Of a stretch of 64,000 nucleotides of DNA, positions 13,558 to 27,713 are shown one piece after another. This stretch comes from Basidiobolus meristosporus CBS 931.73. Its lineage: Eukaryota; Fungi; Basidiobolomycota. A program made the translations under genes and the position numbers. Location of the stretch: contig MCFE01000065.1 in NCBI GenBank assembly GCA_002104905.1, positions 127,031 through 191,030 of the forward strand, in the 5' to 3' direction. The notes beneath the pieces were generated by a model. It saw only the letters and a program-made list of their open reading frames with translations, was not told the DNA's origin and did not search any database. The first letter of the stretch is position 1; each line of letters begins with the position of its first letter.

Positions 13558-14680
13558 TCACGAATTCCCTGATGGGATCTCTCGGATCCGCGTCGTATGT
13601 TTATTACCAATCGAATTGGCCTCTTCGTTCTCCATTACTGACGGGTGGCTGGATGCAAAGCTTTGTATTTCTTCCCCGTCCTCGTCTACTCCCTGGTGGC
13701 TATAATGAATCGAGTTATGATCGTCGGATGCGTCATCTAGAGCGTGGTGCTCCTCTGAACCCGAGTCATGGTGGATGGCAACCGTACTACGTTCATCTAG
13801 TCCATGGTGGCGCAGGCTTTGACGGATGGCCTCCATTATCATCAACTCCTCTAACGCCATATCAACCTGTTCATTATTTGACGAAATCTCAATCACTTGT
13901 GAGCTGTCATTGCGCCGTGAGTTCTGGCGTGGATGGAACCAGCGTCGCGCAAGTGACAGATTCGTTCGCCGATGGAAGCCTCGATTACCCAACGATGTTA
14001 GGTGCAGGCGACGAACGTAATCCGGGCGAATATCATCACAAGTGATCACCTCGGGGCTATTGTGATGAATAGATGCTTTTCTGGCCTTCGGGCAATCCTT
14101 GGAGTGTACGGTGGATTTGTAATGGCCGGTGTAGAAGTTGGCATCGAATGGAGCTTCGTAGACAACACCAAAATTGGACTCCACGCAATATGGGCAGGTG
14201 GCAGGCGTCGTGGCATTGGCTCGTTTCATTTGGACGAAGCACTCAGTGCAAATTGGCTGATAGCAGCAGCGGGTATAGTTAATATTTTTAGGATAGTACT
14301 GTGGAACACGAAGAGAAGGTTAGGGAGGGTGCGACTGATATGGGAAGATGAACACCAACCAAAAAACAAATGGGGCACTCGATGGCATTGCGATAAAGGT
14401 CAACCAAAGAGATCTTCCCGCTGTCGAACTTGTTTTTCGTTAGACAGCCGGCAGACTTGGCGTTAGAGATAAGTCGCTTCGAAAGGCCGATTGTTGATTG
14501 TTCTCTTTGGGCGTCGCTGATTTCAGCCAGGCCTTTGTAGAAAGGAGATATCCTCCGGTCAAGAATTAGTTTGCGTATAACACGATGATCGAAGTCTTGT
14601 TCTGCTGTGTAAACCCCATTGGGGGTAAACCCACCCCCGTCAACCAGGGACGCAACCTTCTTTGCTTGAATGTTTCCCAT
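13558..14680 (-). CDS. SIP5: SIP5-like RING-type zinc-finger protein, 2 exons
   Basis: MGN start; LVDGGGFTPNGVY..DFD..VIRKLILDRRISPFYKGL; ECPICFL|YYP..N.SRCC.QPICTECFVQ; CPYCVE.NFGVVY. Intron at about 14360-14300. Confidence 0.85.
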
Positions 14681-15373
14681 GTCAATTGGTTAGCTCTAAA
14701 CAAGTGGCACTGGTCAACAAGATTGTGTGGATGACTATGGATGGGGATTGACCAGGGACAGGTTGGAGTAAAACTGGTGGATGTGGAAGCACACAATATT
14801 CAGAAATTGACTTCCTCTTCCAAGGCTATACAGCTGAAAGGGTAAAAACTGTGTGAAGCAGTCCCCATAGGACAGCCTTAAATAGCACCGTATCGTCTAA
14901 GACTTCATCACCTCGCCGGATAAGCCAGTGATGGAAAATGCCCCAATTTCCATATTGGGGATTAATATCGAGAAGTCTCTCCAGTGGAGATCAATTCAAA
15001 TATATGACCAGGCAGATATATGAAAAACAGTCTCATAATACAGGAGCGTTGAAAGACCGATTCAAAGTCAGGTAAGATGAAAATCTTATATGATCTTTCC
15101 AAGAATGTCCAGGAAGATGACAGGTGATCAATCACCGGAGCTGAAGCAAAGTGAAACCCACAATATCATTAATTCTGGCCAATGTAAGTGCATGCTCTCA
15201 CCCGAAGATACAAGACAAGGGTGTAAAAATAGGAGATCACACCCAGCGATACGAGAGCCTATTGCTTCCTGGGCGCGGACTTGAAACATGTCTTGTCCGG
15301 AGGGGAGTCGACAAATAAACGTCGCAATAGGTAAAGATGAACAATCAGTGTGAGGGAGAGTGAATCAAAAGGC

Positions 15374-15718
15374 TTATTTAATTGCTGTCCAGCTGAGTTG
15401 GCAAGCCTTCTTGATAACGACCGACATCTCTTGCTCAGCAGCACTTGGATTTGGCTTATCCCTGCACGCCACTCGATCCGCAATCCGAGCAATTAGCAGG
15501 AGATGGGCTGTCACATACCCAGAGTCACTCGTGACGAAGTCTTGCCACAGTGAACCAGCCTCACTATCTGTTGCCAAAGCTGTCTGTATCAACGCTGTTA
15601 ATTGGCCAAGTACAATCGACCGATCATGTTTCCTGAATACATTCTCAGGGGAAGGGTCAACAGCGGCTTGAGTAAAATTGCAGCTGAACAGCGCCAAATT
15701 GTCGCTTCCCAAATTCAA
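15374..15718 (-). CDS. Probable internal exon of an unidentified multi-exon gene (about 14.9-16.4 kb)
   Basis: Protein-like helical ORF flanked by minus-strand GTAAG donor-like sites; a full model could not be built. Confidence 0.3.
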   Translation of the reverse strand: MNLGSDNLALFSCNFTQAAVDPSPENVFRKHDRSIVLGQLTALIQTALATDSEAGSLWQDFVTSDSGYVTAHLLLIARIADRVACRDKPNPSAAEQEMSVVIKKACQLSWTAIK

Positions 15719-17318
15719 GAGCGTATGGTAAGATCAAATCGACTTGAACTGGATCTGAATCGGTCGGCAGGGTAGGATTCCATCATTGCTAGGGAAGTTG
15801 CTGGAATGTCGCTTGTAATTCTTACCTTTCCAAAAGCGGCCCCACCATTACTGCTGTCGAAGATCATTTATCAAGGAATTCTTGTTCAGTGGTGCATGGA
15901 AGCAAGAGTTATGACACAAACCTGATTCTGCACCTCCTGATGGATGGTCACGATGATCTAGAATCCTCCTCTGGCCCTCCGCATTGCCATGCTGGGGCCC
16001 ATGCAACCATTCTCGAACCAGCTTTGACTGAGTGTTGATCCACTGAATTGCGGAAATATTTAGCGCTGGAAGATAATCAGGGTCTAAATGGAACTAATGA
16101 ATTGACGTTGTCATTCAGTCGGATGTGGCACTATGCACATTATCCAACAATGCATTTGCTCTGACCCAATTCCTCACGATGAGCCAGCAACTGCCCCTTC
16201 GGATCATAAAAAACGCTCCGATAGGTGTCGATAAGGCCCCACCGATTACTGGTATCGCTTACCATCTGGGAAGTTGCTTACAAATATCCAGGAGCATATG
16301 TGATTAGGGTTGGGGCTAGTGCCGATGATGCCTTGTGAAAACCTCGCTCTATGATTGACTGGAGTTGACATCATTCGGGCTCTTGCATCACCAGAATCCC
16401 TGGTGAGCCTTATGTGTGTAATTGGTAAGTTCAAACCAACTAGTCAATTTGAGCAACCTTCATATAGTTAAACTTGTTGCTCTCCTAACCCTATGTATGC
16501 TTTATTGCATACATCTTGACACTGGTGAAAACACAGCTCAACCTACTTCAACCACTGGGGATGAATTTGCCATCGTATCGAATGCGGCCTGATCTATTGG
16601 CCAAGAGGTGGCTTCAGTCATCTGAAGCTCATACAATATACCCTTTCCTGCTTGGTGAGTGTTATAAATGATGAGTCAACCGACATGGTGGATTAAGGTG
16701 CATTTGGCCAATATCACAGCATTCAAGACACGTGCATGCTTCTTATCGTAATGGCCATGGGATTATTACGGAAGTCTGACTCCCGTGAACCTTGTGTTGT
16801 GGCCTTGGGACGATGGGAGAGCCGGATGAAACATCGGTGTTGTTGGTACAATCATTATGGTCATATCATGAGTACAGCAAGCCAGCAAGGACGTGAATGA
16901 CCAGCTAGGCCTTATTCAAAGGGTGCTAAATGCCGAGTATGGTTGATGCTAAATACGATGTCATCTGGAACAGATTAAATTGGGTCTGTTCTGATTGACA
17001 TGCTTGCAGAGTGATGCAGTTAGGGAGCAGATGTACTTGCCCATCTACAGGCGCTAATATGTATCCATGTCCAAGTCTAGGTCCACGGCCTGTTGGCATA
17101 CATGGATGGAGCATACTCTATTATTTGTGGCATTGCTTTCACGGGAGGCCATTTATCAGACAAAGCTAAATAGTACATATCTGGAATCCTTGAAGTGAAA
17201 GTGAACCCGAAGAGGTTGCTAATCAGATGATGGGGTGCGAGGTCATGTGTCATCCTGGTTCAGTGGACGTCCTGATACTACGCTATACTTTTAATTGTTA
17301 CCAATTGCTACCGGAAAA

Positions 17319-18620
17319 TTAGAATGAGTCAGATCTCAGAAACAGATGCTCAAGCTTGGCGTTTGTGGTATCGTTCTTTTCAAATAGGTTGATCCAATCT
17401 TGATTCTCTTGAAGTCGAACCTCCTGGGCGTTGAAGTCGTTGATGATCTTATACATGAATCCTTCGTCCACAATGTCTTCGTATTGGATTCCTTTGCACT
17501 CCTTGTCTTCAAAAGTGGGTGCCAATGAGAGAGGGGTCCTCACGATAACATGTCGCTTCTGATTCTCTAATGTCATCAAATCCGCATACTCCGCATAGGC
17601 TGCTACGAGCTGCCAAAACAAACGGGAGTACAGACTGGGGACAATGTCTCTTAAATCTTTGATATCATTCAAGGCTTTCTTCGAGCCGACCTCGGTGGGG
17701 TGGGAGGCGGCGATAAATTCACCAGCGTTGATTTCCCCTATGACCTCCGATTCGTGTCCTGCGCGATACTCGCTGATTAGATAGGCTGTGGTTGCTTGAG
17801 GTCCCGTTTGGCCACCATCAGGCCTCTGAATAGTAGAGAAGAACCCGGTAACCTTCCGTTCTGGATAAGGTGATGGAGAGCCTATCCACTCTCTCCAATA
17901 CTCCAAGCTACGTTTTATTGGCCCTGCAACACTACGCTGTGTTAATACAGACTCGTGAAGAGCGGACATTCGTTCCAGATTCTCCCAATTATCGGAAAGA
18001 TCCATTGGTTGCGGCTCGATTATGACAAGTGGAGTGGCGACAAACTGCTGTAGAAGATCAACCGGAACCTTGTATTTCCGATAGTGCAAGTCTACCGCAC
18101 TCCAACCCATACTTTTGTATAAACTTTGAGCTGGCCCTGAGGAGACGTGTAGACTGGAGATATGGATTCCTACAGTTTTCATATACGAGAGAGCTTCTTG
18201 GAGAAGGCGGCGGGCAAGACCTTTACGAAGGTGGGATGGTAACGTAGCCACCTCTCCGATCCCACCCATGTCTATGGTGGTCCCATCTAAAATCACACTA
18301 CGGCGAAAGACCCTCACAGTGCTAACGATCTAAGTAAAAAGCAACAGATGGATTGTTAACAAGCCGGAATCACACAACAGTTGTAATGCAGAATAACTTT
18401 AAAAGGCTTGGTTAATAGAGGTACTTATTACCTTTTCTCCGTATGGATCTTTCAAAAGTGCTACCTTTATACCATTGATATCTCTGTACGGATCGTTGTT
18501 CCAATGATCAACGAAATACTGCCTTGGTGTTCCTTTAGGCTGAAACACAACAGCCAAGTGATCGAAGAACAGCGGTAGCTCCTCCTCCTTTAAAGTTCGG
18601 AATATGTATTCCTCGTGCAT
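17319..18620 (-). CDS. GNAT-family N-acetyltransferase, 2 exons
   Basis: Exon 1 ..PYGEK spliced (GTAATA..TTAG) to IVSTVRVFRR..GGIGEVATLPSHLRKGLARRLL (acetyl-CoA motif A) and ..AQSLYKSMGW (motif B). Confidence 0.85.
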
Positions 18621-19389
18621 TTGACAAGGTCAAGGTATAACCAGCGTATGTCGCAATAGTCTGTAGCCCGATTTTATTCCCCAGCCACATTCAACGTAAT
18701 GGTCGTTTGGCCACTTCCGTCGAGCATAATCGGTTAGTCACAAATGAATGATCAACCCGACCGATTAATCTATCAGACCATCCGGGGGCAGCCACAGTTA
18801 GCAAGATAAAATGGCATATAGCATCACATGTGTCTTTCACTGCAGGGAAATGCTGTGCCACGAGTACAGAGGGCGTAGGGTAATCAGGATTGGACTTGTT
18901 CAACCATCACCAGACCACGTTTTTAATTTTCCTTCCCCTACATCACTGAAAATGCCATCAGCTCAGCGCAGTCCGTAAACAATGGATTAACCTCAAATGC
19001 ATTGACTGCAACTTCTCAGAATCCTAAAGGATTTGTACCAAAAGTAGCATATGTCTTAGATGGAAGATCATTGTAACAACAGTGACGTTCCTGACCTCAT
19101 GGCACATTTTCATTGGCCTTTATTCCTAGCGCTTCAAGATGCGCAGCCAAACGCAGGTTACAAGTGAGTACTTCATTCAATGATACTCAGGGGAGGTTGG
19201 GTGTCGACAAAATCCATTAAATTCAAAGGTAGGAATTGAAGTGAGTCTTCGTTTTGTATTTTCTTTCAAACGAAATAGAATCTGGCGCTGAATATCCCTC
19301 ACCCTGAACTTGAAGCATCTTTAGCTTTCGATCTTCATTAGCAAATTGCTATCCTATTCAACATCCCCCTCGCCCTTGCAAACTTCGGA

Positions 19390-22300
19390 ATGGATGACAG
19401 CTTCACCAAGACAACCCAGGAGGTTTTGGCTTCTCTCGAAGTCCTTCCTGATAAAGGCTTATCTCAAGCCCAAGTAGCTGCCCGCCAGAAACAATACGGG
19501 AAAAATGAGCTCCCCGAAGAGGAATCCACGCCTATCTGGGAGCTAATTCTTGAGCAATTTAAGGATCAACTGGTAGTTATTCTGCTGGTTGCTGCGGGCA
19601 TTTCCTTCATTCTAGCGTTCTTGGAGGAAAACAAAGAGGATGCTGCGACGGCTTATGTCGAGCCTATTGTTATCCTGCTGATTCTTATCGCAAACGCTAC
19701 GGTTGGCGTTATCCAAGAGACCAATGCTGAGAAGGCCATCGAGGCTTTAAAGGAATATTCTCCCCATGAGGCGAAGGTGCTCCGCGACGGAACGCTCACT
19801 AAACTCCATGCCACTGAGTTGGTGCCAGGGGACATAATTGAGGTTGCTGTGGGTGATAAGATTCCTGCTGATTGCCGCCTGCTCGAACTCATTTCTAGCT
19901 CAATACGTATTGATCAAGCGATACTTACAGGCGAATCGGTGTCTGTCAACAAGAACACCGATGCGATTAAAGACGAAGGAGCAGTTAAGCAGGATCAAAC
20001 CAATGTCATGTTTTCCGGCACCACTGTCGTTCTTGGAAAAGCAAAAGCTGTTGTTGTGCAAACTGGGTCACAAACAGCCATCGGTGATATCCATCAAAGT
20101 ATTACTTCTCAAATATCCGAGAAGACTCCACTCAAGAGAAAATTGGATGATTTCGGGGATTTCCTAGCCAAAGCCATCTCGGTGATCTGCATATTGGTTT
20201 GGATTGTCAACATCCGACATTTCAATGATCCTTCACACCATGGATGGTTGAAAGGTGCAATCTATTACTTCAAAATCGCCGTTGCTCTCGCTGTGGCGGC
20301 CATCCCGGAGGGTCTTGCCGTTGTGATTACGACGTGTTTGGCGTTGGGTACGAAAAAAATGGCACAAAAGAATGCGATCGTTCGCTCTCTGCCCTCAGTT
20401 GAAACCTTGGGATGCACTAGTGTGATCTGTTCCGACAAGACTGGCACATTGACAACTAATCAGATGTCCATCCAAAAGATTCTCACTGTTTCAAGTCATG
20501 CGGGAGAGTTGTCTGAGTACCACGTTGAAGGAACAAGTTATGCTCCCATTGGTGATATCAAGACCGCAGACGGTACAATCATCAGGGATCTACCCATTGC
20601 TTCGCCGGTCATTCAGGAGTTATCTGAGGTCTGTGCTCTCTGCAATGACGCTCGCATTGTCTATGATCCAAGCTTGGATAGTTATACAAACGTAGGGGAG
20701 CCTACCGAAGCTGCTCTGAAAGTGCTTGTAGAGAAATTGGGCACTAAGGACAAAGCATTCAACCAGAAGTTGTCCCAGATGACTAAGCTTGAGCGTGTGG
20801 CTGCTTGCAATGGCTATATTGAGAAAGAGGCGCAGAGAATTGCCACGTTTGAGTTTTCTCGTGACCGCAAGTCAATGTCTGTCCTTACGCGTCGTCTCAC
20901 CGATGGAGCCAACTCGAGTGAGAGTGCCGTGCTCCACGTGAAAGGGGCACCTGAATCCATTCTGGAAAGATGCACTCGGGTTCGTGTCGAGTCGTCGCCC
21001 GGTAGTCCCGTGGAGCTCACTGACGCCATTCGCAACAATATATTGAAGAAAATCAACGAGTATGGCGGCAAGTTGAGTTTGAGATGTCTTGGGCTGGCGT
21101 CTATATCGAATTTACCAAGTGACAGCTCTGAATGGGACCTTCGAGACCCTAACAAATTCATCGACTATGAACAAAACATGACCTTTATCGGACTAGTCGC
21201 CATGATAGATCCACCGAGAGCCGAGGTCCGAGACGCAATTACAAAATGCAAAACAGCAGGCATCCGAGTGATTGTCATAACAGGCGACAACAAGAACACT
21301 GCCGAAGCCATTTGTCGAAGAATTGGCATCTTTGCGGAGAATGAAGATCTTACCGGGAAGTCGTATACCGGCCGCGAGTTTGATGGGCTATCGCTCGCCG
21401 AGAAGAAATTAGCTATCCAGCATGCCAACCTATTCTCCAGAACAGAACCTACACATAAGCAAGCACTTGTTGACCTGTTACAGAATAGTGGTCACGTGGT
21501 TGCCATGACTGGGGACGGTGTCAACGACGCTCCAGCACTAAAAAAGGCAGATATTGGTATAGCTATGGGCACTGGCACTGATGTTGCGAAACTGGCTGCC
21601 GACATGGTCTTGGCTGATGATAACTTCGCAACCATAGAAAAGGCAGTCGAAGAAGGGCGTTCTATCTACAACAATACCAAGCAATTTATTCGTTACCTGA
21701 TCAGCTCTAATATCGGCGAAGTAGTCAGTATCTTTTTGACTGTAATTCTAGGGATGCCAGAGGCCCTAATTCCAGTGCAGTTGCTATGGGTTAATCTGGT
21801 CACTGATGGCCTTCCGGCAACTGCCCTTGGGTTCAACCCCCCTGATCACGATATCATGCGTCAACCACCTAGAAGCTCACGGGAGCCAATTGTTAATCTT
21901 TGGCTCTTCTGTCGTTATATGGTGATTGGAACCTATGTCGGATGTGCAACGGTGTTCGGCTATGCTTGGTGGTTCATGTTCTATGAAGGCGGCCCACAAA
22001 TTACCTTTTACCAACTCAGCAATTTCCACAAATGCTCCGAACTGTTTCCCGAGCTGGGATGTTCCATGTTCACCGACATCATGTCTCACCGGGCTACCAC
22101 CATGTCTCTATCGATATTGGTAACTATCGAAATGTTCAACGCGATGAATTCCTTGAGCGAGAACGAGTCCCTATTGACGCTTCCGCTCTGGTCGAATATG
22201 TATCTTGTCTTTGCCATTATTCTCTCCATGATTCTTCACTTTGTTATTCTTTATGTGCCATTCTTCACTTCTTTATTCTCGATCACTCCATTGAACTTCC

Positions 22301-22413
22301 AGGAATGGGGCGCAGTCCTTTGGATCTCGTTTCCCGTGATTCTTCTCGATGAAGGGCTGAAGTATATCACCAGGACATTCATCACACCTCCCACAAAAGT
22401 TAAGATGGATTGA
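19390..22413 (+). CDS. nca-1: SERCA-type P2A Ca2+-ATPase, intronless
   Basis: 1007 aa; [18 protein letters not shown] phosphorylation site, [43 protein letters not shown]. Confidence 0.98.
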   Translation: MDDSFTKTTQEVLASLEVLPDKGLSQAQVAARQKQYGKNELPEEESTPIWELILEQFKDQLVVILLVAAGISFILAFLEENKEDAATAYVEPIVILLILIANATVGVIQETNAEKAIEALKEYSPHEAKVLRDGTLTKLHATELVPGDIIEVAVGDKIPADCRLLELISSSIRIDQAILTGESVSVNKNTDAIKDEGAVKQDQTNVMFSGTTVVLGKAKAVVVQTGSQTAIGDIHQSITSQISEKTPLKRKLDDFGDFLAKAISVICILVWIVNIRHFNDPSHHGWLKGAIYYFKIAVALAVAAIPEGLAVVITTCLALGTKKMAQKNAIVRSLPSVETLGCTSVICSDKTGTLTTNQMSIQKILTVSSHAGELSEYHVEGTSYAPIGDIKTADGTIIRDLPIASPVIQELSEVCALCNDARIVYDPSLDSYTNVGEPTEAALKVLVEKLGTKDKAFNQKLSQMTKLERVAACNGYIEKEAQRIATFEFSRDRKSMSVLTRRLTDGANSSESAVLHVKGAPESILERCTRVRVESSPGSPVELTDAIRNNILKKINEYGGKLSLRCLGLASISNLPSDSSEWDLRDPNKFIDYEQNMTFIGLVAMIDPPRAEVRDAITKCKTAGIRVIVITGDNKNTAEAICRRIGIFAENEDLTGKSYTGREFDGLSLAEKKLAIQHANLFSRTEPTHKQALVDLLQNSGHVVAMTGDGVNDAPALKKADIGIAMGTGTDVAKLAADMVLADDNFATIEKAVEEGRSIYNNTKQFIRYLISSNIGEVVSIFLTVILGMPEALIPVQLLWVNLVTDGLPATALGFNPPDHDIMRQPPRSSREPIVNLWLFCRYMVIGTYVGCATVFGYAWWFMFYEGGPQITFYQLSNFHKCSELFPELGCSMFTDIMSHRATTMSLSILVTIEMFNAMNSLSENESLLTLPLWSNMYLVFAIILSMILHFVILYVPFFTSLFSITPLNFQEWGAVLWISFPVILLDEGLKYITRTFITPPTKVKMD

Positions 22414-23423
22414 GCGATGCGTAGTCTAGTAGACCCATATGTAAGATCTACCGTCGCCAGAGGTTGGATTCTTCTTGATACTATTGTGCCCCCGAACATT
22501 GCGTTTTTGTCAACACCTAGATATGAGAATATATCTGACTATAGATACAGCTTTCCCAGTAAGCACATCTATCAGATACTTAGTCCATCACATACACCAA
22601 TACACTGTATCATTGTTAAATATCCGGGATCAGTTCAAGCTATATACTACCTACTGTTGTCGAATAAAGTTGCTACAGCATAGTATCCAACTTTTTTGGT
22701 AGAGTGGGCGAGCTGACAATTGTGCGATCAATAGCTTCGGAAGTAGAGCCCGAGTCTGGAAACGGAAATTGTGACCGACATTTCGCAAATCAGTAACCTC
22801 ACTGAGTGTATACTGGGACGGCCCATTTCCACCGTAGAATCCAAGCCAGGGCAGTGTAGCGGCATCAGACAAGCTTGTGTATGATACATATATATGCAGT
22901 GGCTCGCATTGCATCATTTGCTCTTGACTCATTCGCACGTGTGTTCTAGATAGCAAGATAAGCGTTGGTTAGATGCCCAAACCCCCTTATATTTATGCTC
23001 CTTTGCTAACTTGAGCAGGCGAAATAACATAAGATCACTCGAGTCGAATCGCCCAAAACTTTGAATATTACTTCTAGTGTCGGTTTTACAAAACTCTTCC
23101 ATGTGATCAGACTTTTTTCAAATCCAAATAACCAGCAAGTGAATACCATCAAATCATTTGACTCTCCAAGTTATCATTTGTGTCTCTTGAAGCCTTGCAG
23201 CAATAAGTTGTCACTCTTCATACTGATAAATGAATTTACTACAATATGATGGTCAGCTTGAGCCAAACCATTTTGGACCCACTATTAGGCCTCTGTCCTG
23301 AAACTATATGAAATATCATTGAGATAGTAGCTAATATGTGATCTGCAAGTATTGTAATGAAAGTTCATGTAGATACCAGAGGTGGTTGGTAAAACTAGTG
23401 AAGTATGTATTTCTCATTTAGTG

Positions 23424-24899
23424 GCTAATTACATGTAAAAATTCGTAATTTCACCTAAATATTCACCTAACTTAGTCACTTAGATCATTACCTACAAATC
23501 TTAGTGAATACTGACCAAATTCCTTGTTGGGATTTGCTTGGAATATTTTCACCAAAACATCAGGTACCCAGAACATGAAATATTGATAAGTTGTCCAAAC
23601 AGCCCCAAACTTTGCACACATGCTCTTGGGACCTTCCTAAACATATTCTACTTGTTTATAATGCCAAGACCATGTAGAAGTATAAATACTACTTTTACAT
23701 TCAATAAATCATTAAGTGAAAACCACATAATCTACTTGTTCTCCCAATCACTTCCAATATCTCCAAGACTCTTACAACAAAAACGATGTTCATACTTATA
23801 TATAGCCTTAGCAAGACAAGCACTTGGAATTAGTATGGAGAGATCCCAAAAATATGTGTGTGAAGTTAGTCCCCGCAAAGACATTTCAGTGATAGTTTAG
23901 GAACTTTACTATTTCCTGGCCAAATTTCAGGCTTACGTAAATATCGGGTGTAAATACAAGACTTGCATGCTTTATTATTGGTATATGTGGGTAACAATTA
24001 TTTGATCACTGTTGGGCCACTTGCAATCTTCGGTATCTAAAATCAATGATTTTATCAATATAACACTACTACCACCATAAATAAATATGGCCAGGAAGGA
24101 GAGCCTTGAAGCCTCAGCACCAATCCGGGTGAAATAAAGTCATTTCTTGGTATTTATCCATCTGGGAGAATTTTGTAGTACACTAGTTTAGCACCTAAAT
24201 CTTGAATAGAAAGGCATATCCTGATAGAATGTGGCTGGTTGATCATGTAAAATAATGGTAGTCCTATACATTACCAGAAACATCAGACATGCCCAGGCAT
24301 CTTCAACAACTGAACACGGTCTAAATATCTTTCTATAGTCATTCAAAGTATATTTCAATCGTTAGCCTTTCCTATTCCACAAAGTATAGCAATGAAATGA
24401 TCTGCAAGCAAAAGTGTGAGAGTTTTGGAGAAGTTGGAAGTGATTAGGAGTACTGGTAGATTATGTAGTGTTCACTTGATTAAATGAATGTATAACTAAA
24501 TAAATGTATTTATACTTTTCCAAGGTCGAAGAGAGTTCTTGGGGAAAAAATCATGTAACCTATGCTCAGAAAGGTCCCAAAAGCATGTGTGCCAAGTTTG
24601 TGGTATCTTGGACAGGTTTGAAGTTTTCCAGTGGCAACGAAGAATCTGAAATGATAGAGTTCATAAACTAAACTGGATTCAAGTGTCTTAACAAATGTAA
24701 ATAAGAAATCTATGACGCCTCTGAGCCTGCACTGAAATGGCCAACACACAAATAAAAAATTCAACCAAGATTCCCTACGAGGGTACTCAATAAATGAAGC
24801 ACAAGCAAATCCCAGGACTGGGAAGTGAACGGAAATCTCAAGTGACCATTGAAGCGAACCACAAAGGCCACCCCCATTGAGAATGTACATTTTATTAGC
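23424..24899. mobile_element. Degenerate non-autonomous element with long imperfect terminal inverted repeats (foldback/MULE/MITE-like)
   Basis: About 23590-23775 aligns in reverse complement to about 24418-24615 (e.g. CAAACTTtGCACACATGCTcTTGGGACCTT); an exact 13-mer TGGGATTTGCTTG at 23528-23540 pairs with 24802-24814; AT-rich, CpG-poor, no intact ORF. Confidence 0.55.
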
Positions 24900-27713
24900 A
24901 TATGGACTTCCCTAAAGGATGATATTCCTGTCGTTCACACTGAAGGCACCTCTCAGTCTTCAGTTTTGTCTGCTTCTGTTTCGGCGCCATTCACCAAATA
25001 ATATTGACATATTCTTCAAAATCCTCGGCTTTCAGGACAAGGGGATGTATAAGCACTAGTACACCAGGGTCAACAATGGGCCAGTCGCACTCCAAGTTAC
25101 GATGAGAAATCGTTCCATCCCGGGTCACCACCGTCATCATAACATGGGACCTACCAAGGATCAGGGGAATCCCCATAGCCATAGTAAACATGTATTTCGC
25201 CTGAATCAGTTTACATCTACCTCCCCATCAAATTCGCTCGATCCAATTCTGAGTTTGACGGGACTTCTGGATTGTTTTCTCATCTCATTGAACGTTACAC
25301 GCATTCCGCATTGTTGTCCGCAATGAACTCCGGTTGGCGATGCACGATGCCCGCTAATAATATCCATGGGATTTTCGAGGTCGAGCGAATGGATAGACGT
25401 CATGTATGCACGGAGCACATCTATGTATAGTTGGGTCGATAAATATAGCCTGTCCAGCTTGGTATATTGTACCACTTTCCCGATTGTGAGAGTACTGCAT
25501 GCCTTTCCCTCGAAGTCCTGATAAGCAGCTCGGCGAAAAGCCCGGCAAGAAGAGATGGTTTCCAATGTCTTTCTGAAAGGGGTATGGGTACCTTGACAGC
25601 GCTACAGGGTATCGATCCATGTATGATTGTCTCAGCTTTAAGTTTCCTTTTGGGCTCGATAGAGTGGAGAGAGCACGATCAGAGCCGAAGTCAATCCTAG
25701 ATGTTCAAATAAACTATTGAGGATCAGGAGCCTACTGAAATCGAGTCCCACCCCTTGCAAAGGCATAGACAATCATATGGTGCTTGAGCGGGCTGTTTAT
25801 TGAAAACGCCCCAAAAAGGCCTAAAGGTAGCCATTTTCTGGCCTGGTACTAACGCATGTTGGCCCGTTTCGAGGCGGAACAACGGGTTCACTCGTCGGGG
25901 GGTCTTTGCTTGTGCAAAACAATCTCCCGAGCTGCGAGGTACGTCGGGGGTTGCTTCATGGTCAATACGAATACCAGGAATGACCGCCAAGAACCCGCCG
26001 GTGAAACCCTGGCCGCACATCTGCTGGCGGCCCGGATCTCCCAACGGAATTAACCAGACCACCGCACCCGCATTACCGAACCGGGTGAAAGTGACAGGGA
26101 CATGGACTCTCGGTCAGGTTAGGCGGTGATACGAATCCCATTTTTGAGCCGGCCGTCTTCCCCAGGCTTGGACTGTAAACACTTTGAATGGGCCTGGCTA
26201 GTCAGCTGGCTGGCTGTAAGAGAGGCCAATCAAGAGACAAGGATCTATTTATATCTCGGTCGATGGGCAGCATGGTTGGCTAGATTTCACCATTGTTTCC
26301 TCCAAGATAATGGACCGGCGATGACGGCGTTGGGTATATTGGCTTCTCATAGGTAATAGATGCCGAGCACACCATCCACGACATGAGGGTGGGCCAAAGT
26401 GTTATCAGGCGGACTCACCCGTGGGTCAGGTGACCACTTGTGGTGCTCGGGTTACAAGCAAGCGGTATTTGTTAACAGATTAGGCGTCGCCCATCTACTG
26501 GCCACTTCGAATGGATTAGGCAACCTCATCTAAAGATGGGATTCATCCAAGATGGGCTCGCGGGAGGGATGGGATGAGGAAATCTTGAGGTCATCTTTTG
26601 TTTATGTAATAGTAATGCAGTAACCACACCCACCCAGAAGATCCCGGTGTAACATGGTGATCCAACCCTCGACTGTTTCGGGCGAGGGAAGTATCTCTCG
26701 TTACCTCCGCTTCATCCACGCTAATTGGTAGGCTACGGGTCGACTGCTGTCGATCCAGTGGCGTTGTTTCTTAGAAAAGAGTCAAGTGCAGAAGCTTGGA
26801 GGACGATTGGCTGTTGAGCAATAGTGCCGGTAGGAGATGGCCTGATTAGTAAGGAGCACATGCTGACGAAGCATGGCCACTATGACATTTCCCAGGATGG
26901 CCGGGAGGCTCGAGCATAGAGACCCTTTACTTGGCAACGGTCACCCCAAACACTCCCCCGGGTCGGGAAAGCCATCTCCTTAGGACTAAGGCCTCGAGAA
27001 GATCTCCCGTGAACCGTAGCCAGGTGCAATGGGTAAATACGCTAGCCTGACGCACCGAAGGTACAGCCAAGTGTATCGGGAAAATTCCGGAATCGGGTGG
27101 GCGGGTTGGTATGATATGTCCAACATGCTCACCAGAGTGAGCTCGTGCTCATGCCCGGGTTAGAAAAGCCAATGGAGTCCGGTGGATCATAGGATCGATA
27201 GAGAGCCCCACTGCTGGAGCCTTGTCCGCAATCAGCCTACAGTGATGCTTCACGGAACGTTCACCCCGGATTGGTTATGTCCTGGCTGGGTGAGTGGTGT
27301 AAAAGTCGTCAGATGGATGGGTGTGATTCAAAATCCGTATGCGACACGAGCGTGCAGAAAATTAGATTGACTGCGATATCGCGACAGAATTTTTCCATCT
27401 GATGATCCGTTGGTCGAGGGGGAGCTCATTGGACTTGGATGACTGATGTTAGTCTAAGTGGAATGACATTTTATTCAAACCATATTGTGGATGAACAACC
27501 AAGTGCCCGCAATGGGAAGTAATGTTCATTAGGAACAAGGAAAAGTACAGCAATAGACGACAAGTATATTTAGGGTGTCGGTCGCGAAGTATGATAAACG
27601 AAGGTATGGGCTGCTTGTATGAATATATATATAAATACACGTAAGTCTTGGTGAAGGTCAGTGAGGAGAGGGCATATCAAACGAGTTTACAATGGTGGTG
27701 TGGCTGAAGATAT

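Noticed and set aside
24990-26130. Overlapping ORF fragments on the minus strand (possible pseudogene or TE relic)
   Set aside because: Interrupted by stops, with no recognisable transposase, RT or enzyme motif.
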